Source of the DNA: Eledone cirrhosa
Lineage: Eukaryota
Assembly (NCBI GenBank): GCA_964016885.1
Contig: OZ024740.1
Coordinates: 324,012,001-324,076,000 of the forward strand
Direction of reading: 5' to 3'
Length of the DNA stretch: 64,000 bases
In this document: positions 30,160-45,100 of the stretch, piece by piece
Position numbering within the stretch: the first letter of the stretch is position 1
Layout of the letters: every line of letters begins with the position of its first letter
Translations under genes and position numbers: made by a program
Notes under the pieces: model-generated
The model's input: only the letters and a program-made list of their open reading frames with translations
Databases searched by the model: none
What the model was told of the DNA's origin: nothing

Positions 30160-33100
30160 TTGTTGTAGAATTTGGTAGATGTAGTTGTTATTGGAGTTAA
30201 TGCTGTTGCAGTTGTTGTAGAATTTGGTAGATGTAGTTGTTATTGCAGTTACTGCTGTTGCAGTTGTTGTAGAATTTGGTAGATGTAGTTGTTATTGCAG
30301 TTAATGCTGTTGCAGTTGTTGTAGAATTTGGTAGACGTAGTTGTTATTGCAGTTACTGCTGTTGCAGTTGTTGTAGAATTTGGTAGATGTAGTTGTTATT
30401 GCAGTTACTGCTGTTGCAGTTGTTGTAGAATTTGGTAGATGTAGTTGTTATTGCAGTTACTGCTGTTGCAGTTGTTGTAGAATTTGGTAGATGTAGTTGT
30501 TATTGCAGTTACTGCTGTTGCAGTTGTTGTAGAATTTGGTAGATGTAGTTGTTATTGCAGTTAATGCTGTTGCAGTTGTTGTAGAATTTGGTAGACGTAG
30601 TTGTTATTGCAGTTACTGCTGTTGCAGTTGTTGTAGAATTTGGTAGATGTAGTTGTTATTGCAGTTACTGCTGTTGCAGTTGTTGTAGAATTTGGTAGAT
30701 GTAGTTGTTATTGCAGTTACTGCTGTTGCAGTTGTTGTAGAATTTGGTAGATGTAGTTGTTATTGCAGTTACTGCTGCTGCAGTTGTTGTAGAATTTGGT
30801 AGATGTAGTTGTTATTGCAGTTACTGCTGTTGCAGTTGTTGTAGAATTTGGTAGATGTAGTTGTTATTGCAGTTAATGCTGTTGCAGTTGTTGTAGAATT
30901 TGGTAGATGTAGTTGTTATTGCAGTTAATGCTGTTGCAGTTGTTGTAGAATTTGGTAGACGTAGTTGTTATTGCAGTTACTGCTGTTGCAGTTGTTGTAG
31001 AATTTGGTAGATGTAGTTGTTATTGCAGTTAATGCTGTTGCAGTTGTTGTAGAATTTGGTAGATGTAGTTGTTATTGCAGTTAATACTGTTGCAGTTGTT
31101 GTAGAATTTGGTAGATGTAGTTGTTATTGCAGTTAATGCTGTTGCAGTTGTTGTAGAATTTGGTAGATGTAGTTGTTATTGCAGTTACTGCTGTTGCAGT
31201 TGTTGTAGAATTTGGTAGATGTAGTTGTTATTGCAGTTAATGCTGTTGCAGTTGTTGTAGAATTTGGTAGATGTAGTTGTTATTGCAGTTAATGCTGTTG
31301 CAGTTGTTGTAGAATTTGGTAGATGTAGTTGTTATTGCAGTTAATGCTGTTGCAGTTGTTGTAGAATTTGGTAGATGTAGTTGTTATTGCAGTTAATGCT
31401 GTTGCAGTTGTTGTAGAATTTGGTAGATGTAGTTGTTATTGCAGTTAATGCTGTTGCAGTTGTTGTAGAATTTGGTAGACGTAGTTGTTATTGCAGTTAC
31501 TGCTGCTGCAGTTGTTGTAGAATTTGGTAGATGTAGTTGTTATTGCAGTTAATGCTGTTGCAGTTGTTGTAGAATTTGGTAGATGTAGTTGTTATTGCAG
31601 TTACTGCTGTTGCAGTTGTTGTAGAATTTGGTAGATGTAGTTGTTATTGCAGTTAATGCTGTTGCAGTTGTTGTAGAATTTGGTAGATGTAGTTGTTATT
31701 GCAGTTAATGCTGTTGCAGTTGTTGTAGAATTTGGTAGACGTAGTTGTTATTGCAGTTACTGCTGCTGCAGTTGTTGTAGAATTTGGTAGATGTAGTTGT
31801 TATTGCAGTTAATGCTGTTGCAGTTGTTGTAGAATTTGGTAGATGTAGTTGTTATTGCAGTTACTGCTGCTGCAGTTGTTGTAGAATTTGGTAGATGTAG
31901 TTGTTATTGCAGTTAATGCTGTTGCAGTTGTTGTAGAATTTGGTAGATGTAGTTGTTATTGCAGTTAATGCTGTTGCAGTTGTTGTAGAATTTGGTAGAT
32001 GTAGTTGTTATTGCAGTTACTGCTGTTGCAGTTGTGGTAGAATTTGGTAGATGTAGTTGTTATTGCAGTTAATACTGTTGCAGTTGTTGTAGAATTTGGT
32101 AGATGTAGTTGTTATTGCAGTTAATGCTGTTGCAGTTGTTGTAGAATTTGGTAGATGTAGTTGTTATTGCAGTTAATGCTGTTGCAGTTGTTGTAGAATT
32201 TGGTAGATGTAGTTGTTATTGCAGTTACTGCTGTTGCAGTTGTTGTAGAATTTGGTAGATGTAGTTGTTATTGCAGTTAATACTGTTGCAGTTGTTGTAG
32301 AATTTGGTAGATGTAGTTGTTATTGCAGTTACTGCTGTTGCAGTTGTTGTAGAATTTGGTAGATGCAGTTGTTATTGCAGTTAATGCTGTTGCAGTTGTT
32401 GTAGAATTTGGTAGATGTAGTTGTTATTGCAGTTAATGCTGTTGCAGTTGTTGTAGAATTTGGTAGATGTAGTTGTTATTGCAGTTACTGCTGTTGCAGT
32501 TGTTGTAGAATTTGGTAGATGCAGTTGTTATTGCAGTTAATGCTGTTGCAGTTGTTGTAGAATTTGGTAGATGTAGTTGTTATTGCAGTTACTGCTGTTG
32601 CAGTTGTTGTAGAATTTGGTAGATGTAGTTGTTATTGCAGTTAATGCTGTTGCAGTTGTTGTAGAATTTGGTAGATGTAGTTGTTATTGCAGTTAATACT
32701 GTTGCAGTTGTTGTAGAATTTGGTAGATGTAGTTGTTATTGCAGTTAATGCTGTTGCAGTTGTTGTAGAATTTGGTAGATGTAGTTGTTATTGCAGTTAA
32801 TACTGTTGCAGTTGTTGTAGAATTTGGTAGATGTAGTTGTTATTGCAGTTAATACTGTTGCAGTTGTTGTAGAATTTGGTAGATGTAGTTGTTATTGCAG
32901 TTAATGCTGTTGCAGTTGTTGTAGAATTTGGTAGATGTAGTTGTTATTGCAGTTAATACTGTTGCAGTTGTTGTAGAATTTGGTAGATGTAGTTGTTATT
33001 GCAGTTAATACTGTTGCAGTTGTTGTAGAATTTGGTAGATGTAGTTGTTATTGCAGTTAATACTGTTGCAGTTGTTGTAGAATTTGGTAGATGTAGTTGT

Positions 33101-36100
33101 TATTGCAGTTAATACTGTTGCAGTTGTTGCAGAATTTGGTAGATGTAGTTGTTATTGCAGTTACTGCTGTTGCAGTTGTTGTAGAATTTGGTAGATGTAG
33201 TTGTTATTGCAGTTACTGCTGTTGCAGTTGTGGTAGAATTTGGTAGATGTAGTTGTTATTGCAGTTAATGCTGTTGCAGTTGTTGTAGAATTTGGTAGAT
33301 GTAGTTGTTATTGCAGTTACTGCTGTTGCAGTTGTTGTAGAATTTGGTAGATGTAGTTGTTATTGCAGTTAATGCTGTTGCAGTTGTTGTAGAATTTGGT
33401 AGATGTAGTTGTTATTGCAGTTACTGCTGTTGCAGTTGTTGTAGAATTTGGTAGATGTAGTTGTTATTGCAGTTAATACTGTTGCAGTTGTTGTAGAATT
33501 TGGTAGATGTAGTTGTTATTGCAGTTACTGCTGTTGCAGTTGTTGTAGAATTTGGTAGATGTAGTTGTTATTGCAGTTAATGCTGTTGCAGTTGTTGTAG
33601 AATTTGGTAGATGTAGTTGTTATTGCAGTTACTGCTGTTGCAGTTGTTGTAGAATTTGGTAGATGTAGTTGTTATTGCAGTTAATACTGTTGCAGTTGTT
33701 GTAGAATTTGGTAGATGTAGTTGTTATTGCAGTTACTGCTGTTGCAGTTGTTGTAGAATTTGGTAGATGTAGTTGTTATTGCAGTTACTGCTGTTGCAGT
33801 TGTTGTAGAATTTGGTAGATGTAGTTGTTATTGCAGTTACTGCTGTTGCAGTTGTTGTAGAATTTGGTAGATGTAGTTGTTGCAGTTGTTGTAGAATTTG
33901 GTAGATGTAGTTGTTATTGCAGTTACTGCTGTTGCAGTTGTGGTAGAATTTGGTAGATGTAGTTGTTATTGCAGTTAATGCTGTTGCAGTTGTTGTAGAA
34001 TTTGGTAGATGTAGTTGTTATTGCAGTTACTGCTGTTGCAGTTGTGGTAGAATTTGGTAGATGTAGTTGTTATTGCAGTTAATGCTGTTGCAGTTGTTGT
34101 AGAATTTGGTAGATGTAGTTGTTATTGCAGTTAATACTGCTGCAGTTGTTGTAGAATTTGGTAGATGTAGTTGTTATTGCAGTTACTGCTGTTGCAGTTG
34201 TTGTAGAATTTGGTAGATGTAGTTGTTATTGCAGTTAATGCTGTTGCAGTTGTTGTAGAATTTGGTAGATGTAGTTGTTATTGCAGTTACTGCTGTTGCA
34301 GTTGTTGTAGAATTTGGTAGATGTAGCTGTTATTGCAGTTACTGCTGTTGCAGTTGTGGTAGAATTTGGTAGATGTAGTTGTTATTGCAGTTAATGCTGT
34401 TGCAGTTGTTGTAGAATTTGGTAGATGTAGTTGTTATTGCAGTTACTGCTGTTGCAGTTGTGGTAGAATTTGGTAGATGTAGTTGTTATTGCAGTTAATG
34501 CTGTTGCAGTTGTTGTAGAATTTGGTAGATGTAGTTGTTGCAGTTGTTGTAGAATTTGGTAGATGTAGTTGTTACTGCAGTTACTGCTGTTGCAGTTGTT
34601 GTAGAATTTGGTAGATGTAGTTGTTATTGCAGTTACTGCTGTTGCAGTTGTTGTAGAATTTGGTAGACGTAGTTGTTATTGCAGTTAATACTGTTGCAGT
34701 TGTTGTAGAATTTGGTAGATGTAGTTGTTATTGCAGTTACTGCTGTTGCAGTTGTTGTAGAATTTGGTAGATGTAATTGTTATTGCAGTTAATGCTGTTG
34801 CAGTTGTTGTAGAATTTGGTAGAGGTAGTTGTTATTGCAGTTAATGCTGTTGCAGTTGTTGTAGAATTTGGTAGATGTAGTTGTTATTGCAGTTAATACT
34901 GTTGCAGTTGTTGTAGAATTTGGTAGATGTAGTTGTTATTGCAGTTAATGCTGTTGCAGTTGTTGTAGAATTTGGTAGATGTAGTTGTTATTGCAGTTAA
35001 TGCTGTTGCAGTTGTTGTAGAATTTGGTAGATGTAGTTGTTATTGCAGTTACTGCTGTTGCAGTTGTTGTAGAATTTGGTAGATGTAGTTGTTATTGCAG
35101 TTAATGCTGTTGCAGTTGTTGTAGAATTTGGTAGATGTAGTTGTTATTGCAGTTAATGCTGTTGCAGTTGTTGTAGAATTTGGTAGATGTAGTTGTTATT
35201 GCAGTTACTGCTGTTGCAGTTGTTGTAGAATTTGGTAGATGTAGTTGTTATTGCAGTTACTGCTGTTGCAGTTGTTGTAGAATTTGGTAGATGTAGTTGT
35301 TATTGCAGTTACTGCTGTTGCAGTTGTTGTAGAATTTGGTAGATGTAGTTGTTATTGCAGTTACTGCTGTTGCAGTTGTTGTAGAATTTGGTAGATGTAG
35401 TTGTTATTGCAGTTACTGCTGTTGCAGTTGTTGTAGAATTTGGTAGATGTAGTTGTTATTGCAGTTACTGCTGCTGCAGTTGTTGTAGAATTTGGTAGAT
35501 GTAGTTGTTATTGCAGTTAATACTGTTGCAGTTGTTGTAGAATTTGGTAGATGTAGTTGTTATTGCAGTTACTGCTGTTGCAGTTGTTGTAGAATTTGGT
35601 AGATGTAGTTGTTATTGCAGTTAATGCTGTTGCAGTTGTTGTAGAATTTGGTAGATGTAGTTGTTATTGCAGTTACTGCTGTTGCAGTTGTTGTAGAATT
35701 TGGTAGATGTAGTTGTTATTGCAGTTAATACTGTTGCAGTTGTTGTAGAATTTGGTAGATGTAGTTGTTATTGCAGTTACTGCTGTTGCAGTTGTTGTAG
35801 AATTTGGTAGATGTAGTTGTTATTGCAGTTAATGCTGTTGCAGTTGTTGTAGAATTTGGTAGATGTAGTTGTTATTGCAGTTACTGCTGTTGCAGTTGTT
35901 GTAGAATTTGGTAGATGTAGTTGTTATTGCAGTTAATACTGTTGCAGTTGTTGTAGAATTTGGTAGATGTAGTTGTTATTGCAGTTACTGCTGTTGCAGT
36001 TGTTGTAGAATTTGGTAGATGTAGTTGTTATTGCAGTTACTGCTGTTGCAGTTGTTGTAGAATTTGGTAGATGTAGTTGTTATTGCAGTTACTGCTGTTG

Positions 36101-39100
36101 CAGTTGTTGTAGAATTTGGTAGATGTAGTTGTTGCAGTTGTTGTAGAATTTGGTAGATGTAGTTGTTATTGCAGTTACTGCTGTTGCAGTTGTGGTAGAA
36201 TTTGGTAGATGTAGTTGTTATTGCAGTTAATGCTGTTGCAGTTGTTGTAGAATTTGGTAGATGTAGTTGTTATTGCAGTTACTGCTGTTGCAGTTGTGGT
36301 AGAATTTGGTAGATGTAGTTGTTATTGCAGTTAATGCTGTTGCAGTTGTTGTAGAATTTGGTAGATGTAGTTGTTATTGCAGTTAATACTGCTGCAGTTG
36401 TTGTAGAATTTGGTAGATGTAGTTGTTATTGCAGTTACTGCTGTTGCAGTTGTTGTAGAATTTGGTAGATGTAGTTGTTATTGCAGTTAATGCTGTTGCA
36501 GTTGTTGTAGAATTTGGTAGATGTAGTTGTTATTGCAGTTACTGCTGTTGCAGTTGTTGTAGAATTTGGTAGATGTAGCTGTTATTGCAGTTACTGCTGT
36601 TGCAGTTGTGGTAGAATTTGGTAGATGTAGTTGTTATTGCAGTTAATGCTGTTGCAGTTGTTGTAGAATTTGGTAGATGTAGTTGTTATTGCAGTTACTG
36701 CTGTTGCAGTTGTGGTAGAATTTGGTAGATGTAGTTGTTATTGCAGTTAATGCTGTTGCAGTTGTTGTAGAATTTGGTAGATGTAGTTGTTGCAGTTGTT
36801 GTAGAATTTGGTAGATGTAGTTGTTACTGCAGTTACTGCTGTTGCAGTTGTTGTAGAATTTGGTAGATGTAGTTGTTATTGCAGTTACTGCTGTTGCAGT
36901 TGTTGTAGAATTTGGTAGACGTAGTTGTTATTGCAGTTAATACTGTTGCAGTTGTTGTAGAATTTGGTAGATGTAGTTGTTATTGCAGTTACTGCTGTTG
37001 CAGTTGTTGTAGAATTTGGTAGATGTAATTGTTATTGCAGTTAATGCTGTTGCAGTTGTTGTAGAATTTGGTAGAGGTAGTTGTTATTGCAGTTAATGCT
37101 GTTGCAGTTGTTGTAGAATTTGGTAGATGTAGTTGTTATTGCAGTTAATACTGTTGCAGTTGTTGTAGAATTTGGTAGATGTAGTTGTTATTGCAGTTAA
37201 TGCTGTTGCAGTTGTTGTAGAATTTGGTAGATGTAGTTGTTATTGCAGTTAATGCTGTTGCAGTTGTTGTAGAATTTGGTAGATGTAGTTGTTATTGCAG
37301 TTACTGCTGTTGCAGTTGTTGTAGAATTTGGTAGATGTAGTTGTTATTGCAGTTAATGCTGTTGCAGTTGTTGTAGAATTTGGTAGATGTAGTTGTTATT
37401 GCAGTTAATGCTGTTGCAGTTGTTGTAGAATTTGGTAGATGTAGTTGTTATTGCAGTTACTGCTGTTGCAGTTGTTGTAGAATTTGGTAGATGTAGTTGT
37501 TATTGCAGTTACTGCTGTTGCAGTTGTTGTAGAATTTGGTAGATGTAGTTGTTATTGCAGTTACTGCTGTTGCAGTTGTTGTAGAATTTGGTAGATGTAG
37601 TTGTTATTGCAGTTACTGCTGTTGCAGTTGTTGTAGAATTTGGTAGATGTAGTTGTTATTGCAGTTACTGCTGTTGCAGTTGTTGTAGAATTTGGTAGAT
37701 GTAGTTGTTATTGCAGTTACTGCTGCTGCAGTTGTTGTAGAATTTGGTAGATGTAGTTGTTATTGCAGTTAATACTGTTGCAGTTGTTGTAGAATTTGGT
37801 AGATGTAGTTGTTATTGCAGTTACTGCTGTTGCAGTTGTTGTAGAATTTGGTAGATGTAGTTGTTATTGCAGTTACTGCTGTTGCAGTTGTTGTAGAATT
37901 TGGTAGACGTAGTTGTTATTGCAGTTAATACTGTTGCAGTTGTTGTAGAATTTGGTAGATGTAGTTGTTATTGCAGTTACTGCTGTTGCAGTTGTTGTAG
38001 AATTTGGTAGATGTAGTTGTTATTGCAGTTACTGCTGTTGCAGTTGTTGTAGAATTTGGTAGATGTAGTTGTTATTGCAGTTACTGCTGTTGCAGTTGTT
38101 GTAGAATTTGGTAGATGCAGTTGTTATTGCAGTTAATGCTGTTGCAGTTGTTGTAGAATTTGGTAGATGTAGTTGTTATTGCAGTTACTGCTGTTGCAGT
38201 TGTTGTAGAATTTGGTAGATGTAGTTGTTATTGCAGTTAATGCTGTTGCAGTTGTTGTAGAATTTGGTAGATGTAGTTGTTATTGCAGTTAATACTGTTG
38301 CAGTTGTTGTAGAATTTGGTAGATGTAGTTGTTATTGCAGTTAATGCTGTTGCAGTTGTTGTAGAATTTGGTAGATGTAGTTGTTATTGCAGTTAATACT
38401 GTTGCAGTTGTTGTAGAATTTGGTAGATGTAGTTGTTATTGCAGTTAATACTGTTGCAGTTGTTGTAGAATTTGGTAGATGTAGTTGTTATTGCAGTTAA
38501 TGCTGTTGCAGTTGTTGTAGAATTTGGTAGATGTAGTTGTTATTGCAGTTAATACTGTTGCAGTTGTTGTAGAATTTGGTAGATGTAGTTGTTATTGCAG
38601 TTAATACTGTTGCAGTTGTTGTAGAATTTGGTAGATGTAGTTGTTATTGCAGTTAATACTGTTGCAGTTGTTGTAGAATTTGGTAGATGTAGTTGTTATT
38701 GCAGTTAATACTGTTGCAGTTGTTGCAGAATTTGGTAGATGTAGTTGTTATTGCAGTTACTGCTGTTGCAGTTGTTGTAGAATTTGGTAGATGTAGTTGT
38801 TATTGCAGTTACTGCTGTTGCAGTTGTGGTAGAATTTGGTAGATGTAGTTGTTATTGCAGTTAATGCTGTTGCAGTTGTTGTAGAATTTGGTAGATGTAG
38901 TTGTTATTGCAGTTACTGCTGTTGCAGTTGTTGTAGAATTTGGTAGATGTAGTTGTTATTGCAGTTAATGCTGTTGCAGTTGTTGTAGAATTTGGTAGAT
39001 GTAGTTGTTATTGCAGTTACTGCTGTTGCAGTTGTTGTAGAATTTGGTAGATGTAGTTGTTATTGCAGTTAATACTGTTGCAGTTGTTGTAGAATTTGGT

Positions 39101-42100
39101 AGATGTAGTTGTTATTGCAGTTACTGCTGTTGCAGTTGTTGTAGAATTTGGTAGATGTAGTTGTTATTGCAGTTAATGCTGTTGCAGTTGTTGTAGAATT
39201 TGGTAGATGTAGTTGTTATTGCAGTTACTGCTGTTGCAGTTGTTGTAGAATTTGGTAGATGTAGTTGTTATTGCAGTTAATACTGTTGCAGTTGTTGTAG
39301 AATTTGGTAGATGTAGTTGTTATTGCAGTTACTGCTGTTGCAGTTGTTGTAGAATTTGGTAGATGTAGTTGTTATTGCAGTTACTGCTGTTGCAGTTGTT
39401 GTAGAATTTGGTAGATGTAGTTGTTATTGCAGTTACTGCTGTTGCAGTTGTTGTAGAATTTGGTAGATGTAGTTGTTGCAGTTGTTGTAGAATTTGGTAG
39501 ATGTAGTTGTTATTGCAGTTACTGCTGTTGCAGTTGTGGTAGAATTTGGTAGATGTAGTTGTTATTGCAGTTAATGCTGTTGCAGTTGTTGTAGAATTTG
39601 GTAGATGTAGTTGTTATTGCAGTTACTGCTGTTGCAGTTGTGGTAGAATTTGGTAGATGTAGTTGTTATTGCAGTTAATGCTGTTGCAGTTGTTGTAGAA
39701 TTTGGTAGATGTAGTTGTTATTGCAGTTAATACTGCTGCAGTTGTTGTAGAATTTGGTAGATGTAGTTGTTATTGCAGTTACTGCTGTTGCAGTTGTTGT
39801 AGAATTTGGTAGATGTAGTTGTTATTGCAGTTAATGCTGTTGCAGTTGTTGTAGAATTTGGTAGATGTAGTTGTTATTGCAGTTACTGCTGTTGCAGTTG
39901 TTGTAGAATTTGGTAGATGTAGCTGTTATTGCAGTTACTGCTGTTGCAGTTGTGGTAGAATTTGGTAGATGTAGTTGTTATTGCAGTTAATGCTGTTGCA
40001 GTTGTTGTAGAATTTGGTAGATGTAGTTGTTATTGCAGTTACTGCTGTTGCAGTTGTGGTAGAATTTGGTAGATGTAGTTGTTATTGCAGTTAATGCTGT
40101 TGCAGTTGTTGTAGAATTTGGTAGATGTAGTTGTTGCAGTTGTTGTAGAATTTGGTAGATGTAGTTGTTACTGCAGTTACTGCTGTTGCAGTTGTTGTAG
40201 AATTTGGTAGATGTAGTTGTTATTGCAGTTACTGCTGTTGCAGTTGTTGTAGAATTTGGTAGACGTAGTTGTTATTGCAGTTAATACTGTTGCAGTTGTT
40301 GTAGAATTTGGTAGATGTAGTTGTTATTGCAGTTACTGCTGTTGCAGTTGTTGTAGAATTTGGTAGATGTAATTGTTATTGCAGTTAATGCTGTTGCAGT
40401 TGTTGTAGAATTTGGTAGAGGTAGTTGTTATTGCAGTTAATGCTGTTGCAGTTGTTGTAGAATTTGGTAGATGTAGTTGTTATTGCAGTTAATACTGTTG
40501 CAGTTGTTGTAGAATTTGGTAGATGTAGTTGTTATTGCAGTTAATGCTGTTGCAGTTGTTGTAGAATTTGGTAGATGTAGTTGTTATTGCAGTTAATGCT
40601 GTTGCAGTTGTTGTAGAATTTGGTAGATGTAGTTGTTATTGCAGTTACTGCTGTTGCAGTTGTTGTAGAATTTGGTAGATGTAGTTGTTATTGCAGTTAA
40701 TGCTGTTGCAGTTGTTGTAGAATTTGGTAGATGTAGTTGTTATTGCAGTTAATGCTGTTGCAGTTGTTGTAGAATTTGGTAGATGTAGTTGTTATTGCAG
40801 TTACTGCTGTTGCAGTTGTTGTAGAATTTGGTAGATGTAGTTGTTATTGCAGTTACTGCTGTTGCAGTTGTTGTAGAATTTGGTAGATGTAGTTGTTATT
40901 GCAGTTACTGCTGTTGCAGTTGTTGTAGAATTTGGTAGATGTAGTTGTTATTGCAGTTACTGCTGTTGCAGTTGTTGTAGAATTTGGTAGATGTAGTTGT
41001 TATTGCAGTTACTGCTGTTGCAGTTGTTGTAGAATTTGGTAGATGTAGTTGTTATTGCAGTTACTGCTGCTGCAGTTGTTGTAGAATTTGGTAGATGTAG
41101 TTGTTATTGCAGTTAATACTGTTGCAGTTGTTGTAGAATTTGGTAGATGTAGTTGTTATTGCAGTTACTGCTGTTGCAGTTGTTGTAGAATTTGGTAGAT
41201 GTAGTTGTTATTGCAGTTAATGCTGTTGCAGTTGTTGTAGAATTTGGTAGATGTAGTTGTTATTGCAGTTACTGCTGTTGCAGTTGTTGTAGAATTTGGT
41301 AGATGTAGTTGTTATTGCAGTTAATACTGTTGCAGTTGTTGTAGAATTTGGTAGATGTAGTTGTTATTGCAGTTACTGCTGTTGCAGTTGTTGTAGAATT
41401 TGGTAGATGTAGTTGTTATTGCAGTTAATGCTGTTGCAGTTGTTGTAGAATTTGGTAGATGTAGTTGTTATTGCAGTTACTGCTGTTGCAGTTGTTGTAG
41501 AATTTGGTAGATGTAGTTGTTATTGCAGTTAATACTGTTGCAGTTGTTGTAGAATTTGGTAGATGTAGTTGTTATTGCAGTTACTGCTGTTGCAGTTGTT
41601 GTAGAATTTGGTAGATGTAGTTGTTATTGCAGTTACTGCTGTTGCAGTTGTTGTAGAATTTGGTAGATGTAGTTGTTATTGCAGTTACTGCTGTTGCAGT
41701 TGTTGTAGAATTTGGTAGATGTAGTTGTTGCAGTTGTTGTAGAATTTGGTAGATGTAGTTGTTATTGCAGTTACTGCTGTTGCAGTTGTGGTAGAATTTG
41801 GTAGATGTAGTTGTTATTGCAGTTAATGCTGTTGCAGTTGTTGTAGAATTTGGTAGATGTAGTTGTTATTGCAGTTACTGCTGTTGCAGTTGTGGTAGAA
41901 TTTGGTAGATGTAGTTGTTATTGCAGTTAATGCTGTTGCAGTTGTTGTAGAATTTGGTAGATGTAGTTGTTATTGCAGTTAATACTGCTGCAGTTGTTGT
42001 AGAATTTGGTAGATGTAGTTGTTATTGCAGTTACTGCTGTTGCAGTTGTTGTAGAATTTGGTAGATGTAGTTGTTATTGCAGTTAATGCTGTTGCAGTTG

Positions 42101-45100
42101 TTGTAGAATTTGGTAGATGTAGTTGTTATTGCAGTTACTGCTGTTGCAGTTGTTGTAGAATTTGGTAGATGTAGCTGTTATTGCAGTTACTGCTGTTGCA
42201 GTTGTGGTAGAATTTGGTAGATGTAGTTGTTATTGCAGTTAATGCTGTTGCAGTTGTTGTAGAATTTGGTAGATGTAGTTGTTATTGCAGTTACTGCTGT
42301 TGCAGTTGTGGTAGAATTTGGTAGATGTAGTTGTTATTGCAGTTAATGCTGTTGCAGTTGTTGTAGAATTTGGTAGATGTAGTTGTTGCAGTTGTTGTAG
42401 AATTTGGTAGATGTAGTTGTTACTGCAGTTACTGCTGTTGCAGTTGTTGTAGAATTTGGTAGATGTAGTTGTTATTGCAGTTACTGCTGTTGCAGTTGTT
42501 GTAGAATTTGGTAGACGTAGTTGTTATTGCAGTTAATACTGTTGCAGTTGTTGTAGAATTTGGTAGATGTAGTTGTTATTGCAGTTACTGCTGTTGCAGT
42601 TGTTGTAGAATTTGGTAGATGTAATTGTTATTGCAGTTAATGCTGTTGCAGTTGTTGTAGAATTTGGTAGAGGTAGTTGTTATTGCAGTTAATGCTGTTG
42701 CAGTTGTTGTAGAATTTGGTAGATGTAGTTGTTATTGCAGTTAATACTGTTGCAGTTGTTGTAGAATTTGGTAGATGTAGTTGTTATTGCAGTTAATGCT
42801 GTTGCAGTTGTTGTAGAATTTGGTAGATGTAGTTGTTATTGCAGTTAATGCTGTTGCAGTTGTTGTAGAATTTGGTAGATGTAGTTGTTATTGCAGTTAC
42901 TGCTGTTGCAGTTGTTGTAGAATTTGGTAGATGTAGTTGTTATTGCAGTTAATGCTGTTGCAGTTGTTGTAGAATTTGGTAGATGTAGTTGTTATTGCAG
43001 TTAATGCTGTTGCAGTTGTTGTAGAATTTGGTAGATGTAGTTGTTATTGCAGTTACTGCTGTTGCAGTTGTTGTAGAATTTGGTAGATGTAGTTGTTATT
43101 GCAGTTACTGCTGTTGCAGTTGTTGTAGAATTTGGTAGATGTAGTTGTTATTGCAGTTACTGCTGTTGCAGTTGTTGTAGAATTTGGTAGATGTAGTTGT
43201 TATTGCAGTTACTGCTGTTGCAGTTGTTGTAGAATTTGGTAGATGTAGTTGTTATTGCAGTTACTGCTGTTGCAGTTGTTGTAGAATTTGGTAGATGTAG
43301 TTGTTATTGCAGTTACTGCTGCTGCAGTTGTTGTAGAATTTGGTAGATGTAGTTGTTATTGCAGTTAATACTGTTGCAGTTGTTGTAGAATTTGGTAGAT
43401 GTAGTTGTTATTGCAGTTACTGCTGTTGCAGTTGTTGTAGAATTTGGTAGATGTAGTTGTTATTGCAGTTACTGCTGTTGCAGTTGTTGTAGAATTTGGT
43501 AGACGTAGTTGTTATTGCAGTTAATACTGTTGCAGTTGTTGTAGAATTTGGTAGATGTAGTTGTTATTGCAGTTACTGCTGTTGCAGTTGTTGTAGAATT
43601 TGGTAGATGTAGTTGTTATTGCAGTTACTGCTGTTGCAGTTGTTGTAGAATTTGGTAGATGTAGTTGTTATTGCAGTTACTGCTGTTGCAGTTGTTGTAG
43701 AATTTGGTAGATGTAGTTGTTATTGCAGTTAATGCTGTTGCAGTTGTTGTAGAATTTGGTAGATGTAGTTGTTATTGCAGTTACTGCTGTTGCAGTTGTT
43801 GTAGAATTTGGTAGATGTAGTTGTTATTGCAGTTACTGCTGTTGCAGTTGTTGTAGAATTTGGTAGACGTAGTTGTTATTGCAGTTAATACTGTTGCAGT
43901 TGTTGTAGAATTTGGTAGATGTAGTTGATATTGCAGTTACTGCTGCTGCAGTTGTTGTAGAATTTGGTAGATGTAGTTGTTATTGCAGTTACTGCTGCTG
44001 CAGTTGTTGTAGAATTTGGTAGATGTAGTTGTTATTGCAGTTAATGCTGTTGCAGTTGTTGTAGAATTTGGTAGATGTAGTTGTTATTGCAGTTAATGCT
44101 GTTGCAGTTGTTGTAGAATTTGGTAGATGTAGTTGCTATTGCAGTTAATGCTGTTGCAGTTGTTGTAGAATTTGGTAGATGTAGTTGTTATTGCAGTTAA
44201 TGCTGTTGCAGTTGTTGTAGAATTTGGTAGATGTAGTTGTTATTGCAGTTAATGCTGTTGCAGTTGTTGTAGAATTTGGTAGATGTAGTTGTTATTGCAG
44301 TTAATACTGTTGCAGTTGTTGTAGAATTTGGTAGATGTAGTTGTTATTGCAGTTAATGCTGTTGCAGTTGTTGTAGAATTTGGTAGATGTAGTTGTTATT
44401 GTAGTTACTGCTGTTGCAGTTGTTGTAGAATTTGGTAGATGTAGTTGTTATTGCAGTTAATACTGTTGCAGTTGTTGTAGAATTTGGTAGATGTAGTTGT
44501 TATTGCAGTTACTGCTGCTGCAGTTGTTGTAGAATTTGGTAGATGTAGTTGTTATTGCAGTTAATGCTGTTGCAGTTGTTGTAGAATTTGGTAGATGTAG
44601 TTGTTATTGTAGTTACTGCTGTTGCAGTTGTTGTAGAATTTGGTAGATGTAGTTGTTATTGCAGTTAATGCTGTTGCAGTTGTTGTAGAATTTGGTAGAT
44701 GTAGTTGTTATTGTAGTTACTGCTGTTGCAGTTGTTGTAGAATTTGGTAGATGTAGTTGTTATTGCAGTTAATACTGTTGCAGTTGTTGTAGAATTTGGT
44801 AGATGTAGTTGTTATTGCAGTTAATGCTGTTGCAGTTGTTGTAGAATTTGGTAGATGTAGTTGTTATTGTAGTTACTGCTGTTGCAGTTGTTGTAGAATT
44901 TGGTAGATGTAGTTGTTATTGCAGTTAATACTGTTGCAGTTGTTGTAGAATTTGGTAGATGTAGTTGTTATTGCAGTTAATGCTGTTGCAGTTGTTGTAG
45001 AATTTGGTAGATGTAGTTGTTATTGCAGTTACTGCTGTTGCAGTTGTTGTAGAATTTGGTAGATGTAGTTGTTATTGCAGTTACTGCAGTTGCAGTTGTT

